From Methanotrichaceae archaeon (GTDB lineage Archaea; Halobacteriota; Methanosarcinia; Methanotrichales; Methanotrichaceae): a stretch of 64,000 nt of DNA. The position numbers were made by a program, and so were the translations under genes. Shown here in pieces: positions 61,442 through 64,000 of this stretch. Under the pieces are notes generated by a model. The model was not told the DNA's origin. It did no database searches and saw only the letters and a program-made list of their open reading frames with translations. Within the stretch, counting starts at the first letter, position 1. Each line of letters starts with the position of its first letter. The stretch covers positions 20,861-84,860 of the forward strand of contig CAWDLW010000011.1 in assembly GCA_963803145.1 (NCBI GenBank), read 5' to 3'.

Positions 61442-62323
61442 ATGGTAAAATGGAAGTCTGATATGGGTCTTGAGGCCAGGATGTTCCTGACAATGTTTCT
61501 CCTGGCGGTGGTTTACCTTGCCTTTGTGGCGTTCCTATTTTACGTGGGCGTGAACCAGGTATTCATAGTTCTATTCATGGGAGCCTTCATCTTTCTTCAG
61601 TATTTCTATTCAGATAGGCTCATACTGACATCAATGGGCGCTAAAATCGTCTCTGAGAGCGAAGCTCCTGAGCTTCACGAGATAGTCACAAGGCTCTGCG
61701 CAATCGCAAACCTGCCAAAGCCCAAGATAGCGATAGTGAATACAAGCATGCCAAATGCTCTGGCCACTGGTCGCAATCAGAAGAATGCAGTCGTGGCTGT
61801 GACGACAGGCATAATGAACCAGCTCAACAGAAGCGAGCTTGAGGCCGTGCTCGCACATGAGCTGACACATGTCAAGAACAGAGACGCAATGGTCATGACT
61901 ATTGCCACGTTCATTTCATCTATAGCCATGCTGATGATCCGCTGGCTGCCGATGTTCGGCGGAGGGGACCGGCGCAGCAGAGATGGTGGCAGCATAATAG
62001 CGGTTCTCTTGGTCTCAATCGCGGTCTGGATCACAAGCTTCCTGCTGATAAGGGCTCTGTCCAGGTACAGGGAGTTTGCAGCAGATAGAGGATCTGCAAT
62101 AATTACCGGCAGGCCATCGAATCTGGCATCGGCATTGATGAAGATAAGTGGATTTCATGTCCCAACCCAGGATCTGAGAAAGGTTGAGGGGTCAGCTAGT
62201 GCCCTGTTCATAGTGCCTGCGATCACAGGCAGGTCTATAACGAACCTAATCTCGACACATCCCTCTACAGAGGCCAGGATAGCTGCGCTTCAGAAGATGG
62301 AGCAGGAGATGGAGGCCGTCTAG
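61442..62323 (+). CDS. htpX: Zinc metalloprotease HtpX
   Basis: PNALATGR, HELTH, LSRYREFAAD, STHP. Confidence 0.93.
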   Translation: MVKWKSDMGLEARMFLTMFLLAVVYLAFVAFLFYVGVNQVFIVLFMGAFIFLQYFYSDRLILTSMGAKIVSESEAPELHEIVTRLCAIANLPKPKIAIVNTSMPNALATGRNQKNAVVAVTTGIMNQLNRSELEAVLAHELTHVKNRDAMVMTIATFISSIAMLMIRWLPMFGGGDRRSRDGGSIIAVLLVSIAVWITSFLLIRALSRYREFAADRGSAIITGRPSNLASALMKISGFHVPTQDLRKVEGSASALFIVPAITGRSITNLISTHPSTEARIAALQKMEQEMEAV

Positions 62324-62887
62324 ATGGGCTTCCTAGACTCCCTTTTAGGAAAGACTAAGCTTCCTGAATCAAAAACGGACAAGCTCTTTGCAATTTCAAC
62401 TGCAGCTATCACACTTGAGGCGAACCTTGGCCTGAAGCCGGATGGCTCGGCTGCGCTATGCTTCAAGTCAATGGAATCCTCAAGATATGATGCAGCACGA
62501 TCTGAGATCGAAGATCTTCTGAAGATCAGCTCAAAGGAGACTGGCACCAAGTACACGATACAGAAGGATGAATACGGCTACCTATGGGTTGTTCTTAAGG
62601 ATCAAGACTTCGAGGATCTTGTTACTACTATTCAGATGGTCAGCCAGTCAATGATAGAGAATGGCTTCGGCACTCAGCTTTTATGTGCAGTCTACAGCTT
62701 CAGGGGAGAATCGAAGGTTTACTGGATCTACAACTTTAAGCAGGGGGCTTACTATCCATTTGTGCCCAAAGGCGATCATCAGCGTGATACAGCTCTCGAG
62801 TTCAGGCTGAAGTCAATCATGGAAAAGGAGTTGCCGATAGAAAAGAATGTGGAGATGTGGTATCCATTGTGGGGGATGCCGATATAA
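62324..62887 (+). CDS. PspA-associated protein (PspAB-like)
   Basis: LFAISTAAITL, DEYGYLW, GFGTQLL, YPFVP, WYPLWGMP; directly abuts htpX. Confidence 0.7.
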   Translation: MGFLDSLLGKTKLPESKTDKLFAISTAAITLEANLGLKPDGSAALCFKSMESSRYDAARSEIEDLLKISSKETGTKYTIQKDEYGYLWVVLKDQDFEDLVTTIQMVSQSMIENGFGTQLLCAVYSFRGESKVYWIYNFKQGAYYPFVPKGDHQRDTALEFRLKSIMEKELPIEKNVEMWYPLWGMPI

Positions 62888-63045
62888 GTACGGAATAACT
62901 TTTTTTAATTGAATCGCCTATATTCTGGGCTATGCATGGGCAGTAGTTTGGAAGCTGTTATCTGTTTTGATTGCAATTTTTGTCGTATACTACGGAGCCA
63001 ATCTGACTTTGCATTTGAGATTGCTGCTAATTCAAAAACTATGCG

Positions 63046-63244
63046 TTCTTCTGGGGCTAGCACTAACGGTTACGATAGTGCGCTCAATCGCCGAGCAGGC
63101 TTTAAACGATTTTAAGTTCAATGCCGCGTGTTTCAGAACGCTTTGATTTTACACTGAGGCAGGCTAATGCAATCCAAAAGCTACACTTTTCTTCTGGCGC
63201 TAGCACTAACGGTTCAACTGGCGTGCTCAGTCGCCGCACGGGCT
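63046..63244 (+). repeat. Two 56-bp direct repeats (63046-63101 and 63189-63244) carrying the hairpin motif
   Basis: TTCTTCTGG(G/C)GCTAGCACTAACGGTT...GCTCA(A/G)TCGCCG..C(A/G)GGCT, 44/56 identical by manual count. Confidence 0.75.
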
Positions 63245-63810
63245 ACCCCTAACCCCTCTTCGGGGGAAGGCTCTAGAAAACGATATGCCATAAGGCTGAT
63301 TGGAATAAGATGAATTGCAGCCAAAGGATGAAAGTGACCGCAAGCTATTGATGGTTTAATGTTTTCATATCAAGGAATTTTCGTATCATTTAATAGGGTT
63401 TTGGGGCCAACCTTACTTGAATGAGCACATATTACATAATGAACTTACTAGCTGGTTCCTAGGGCTCATATCCATACTTGGATGTCTGGTCTTGCCGGAC
63501 CCTTTATTTAGAGCTGTTTTAAAATTATTAATACCCCTTTAAAGATTATTAGTTTGGTCTGAACTTATACCTCAAAAAGGAGTAATCATATGAAAATACA
63601 AAGATTGTAAAGACATCTCAATAGATAAAAGTTTCTAGTTACCCCCAGGTAATTCAACGAAATATCAGAGAATTTAATGGGTAGCAATCGTGGTGATTAG
63701 AAAGCGATGGCTTTTGCGATTGCTACCTGGCTTAGAGAGTATTTTCAACTAATAGCTATCCTGTACTCTCCAAGTTTCTCACCAATTTATAATCTCCATT
63801 CTATATCAAG

Positions 63811-63999
63811 TCATATCTTATATCCCTGTTCTTTGATTAGATAGAGTAAACCACTATCAGGAACTGGCAAATTAAAGTATTGTAATACATATATAAAGGC
63901 ATCAATGAATGCTTGAGCCTTTATACTATCTATCATATCTCCAATCGTTCTATTTTGTTGATTTCTTTCCACTGGTGGGTTTTTGAGTTCATATAAAAC
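63811..63999 (-). CDS. C-terminal part of a hypothetical protein running in from the window edge
   Basis: Open frame VLYELKNPPVER...KEQGYKI*, AT-rich. Confidence 0.45.
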   Translation of the reverse strand, partial: VLYELKNPPVERNQQNRTIGDMIDSIKAQAFIDAFIYVLQYFNLPVPDSGLLYLIKEQGYKI

Positions 64000-64000
64000 G

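Noticed and set aside
63046-63244. CRISPR mini-array
   Set aside because: Only two diverged units, unit and spacer lengths are atypical, and there are no cas genes.
63362-63375. TTTTCATATCAAGG matching the IS110 remnant end near 35986-35999
   Set aside because: A 14-bp AT-rich match with no transposase remnant nearby; could be chance.

Overview
Archaeal methanogen DNA. Gene content and style point to Methanothrix/Methanotrichaceae (inference). Core blocks are the methyl-CoM-reductase activation cluster (atwA, mmp3-6-5-15-17-7), Lhr helicase plus metallophosphoesterase, thermosome and htpX-pspAB. A cold-shock/RNA-chaperone set is also present: DEAD-box helicase, TRAM, CspA and three CxxC-x17-CxxC paralogs. 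Between these lies decayed accessory DNA: IS5, IS630, an internally deleted IS605/TnpB element, IS110, IS6 and integrase remnants, two copies of a 239-bp MITE, several dead toxin-antitoxin modules and a Shedu-like nuclease. The best leads are four. (1) Two diverged copies (6475-6807 minus, 60255-60728 plus) of an unrecognised, promoter-preceded structured non-coding RNA candidate with covarying helices and an internally repeated motif. (2) A HerA ATPase plus TGT/DpdA-like two-gene module whose TGT gene is split by IS5 and can be rebuilt in frame. (3) A second small non-coding hairpin motif found four times. (4) A conserved hairpin leader on the CxxC-x17-CxxC genes. No tRNA, rRNA or CRISPR array was seen. 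All calls are by eye; no searches or folding programs were run.
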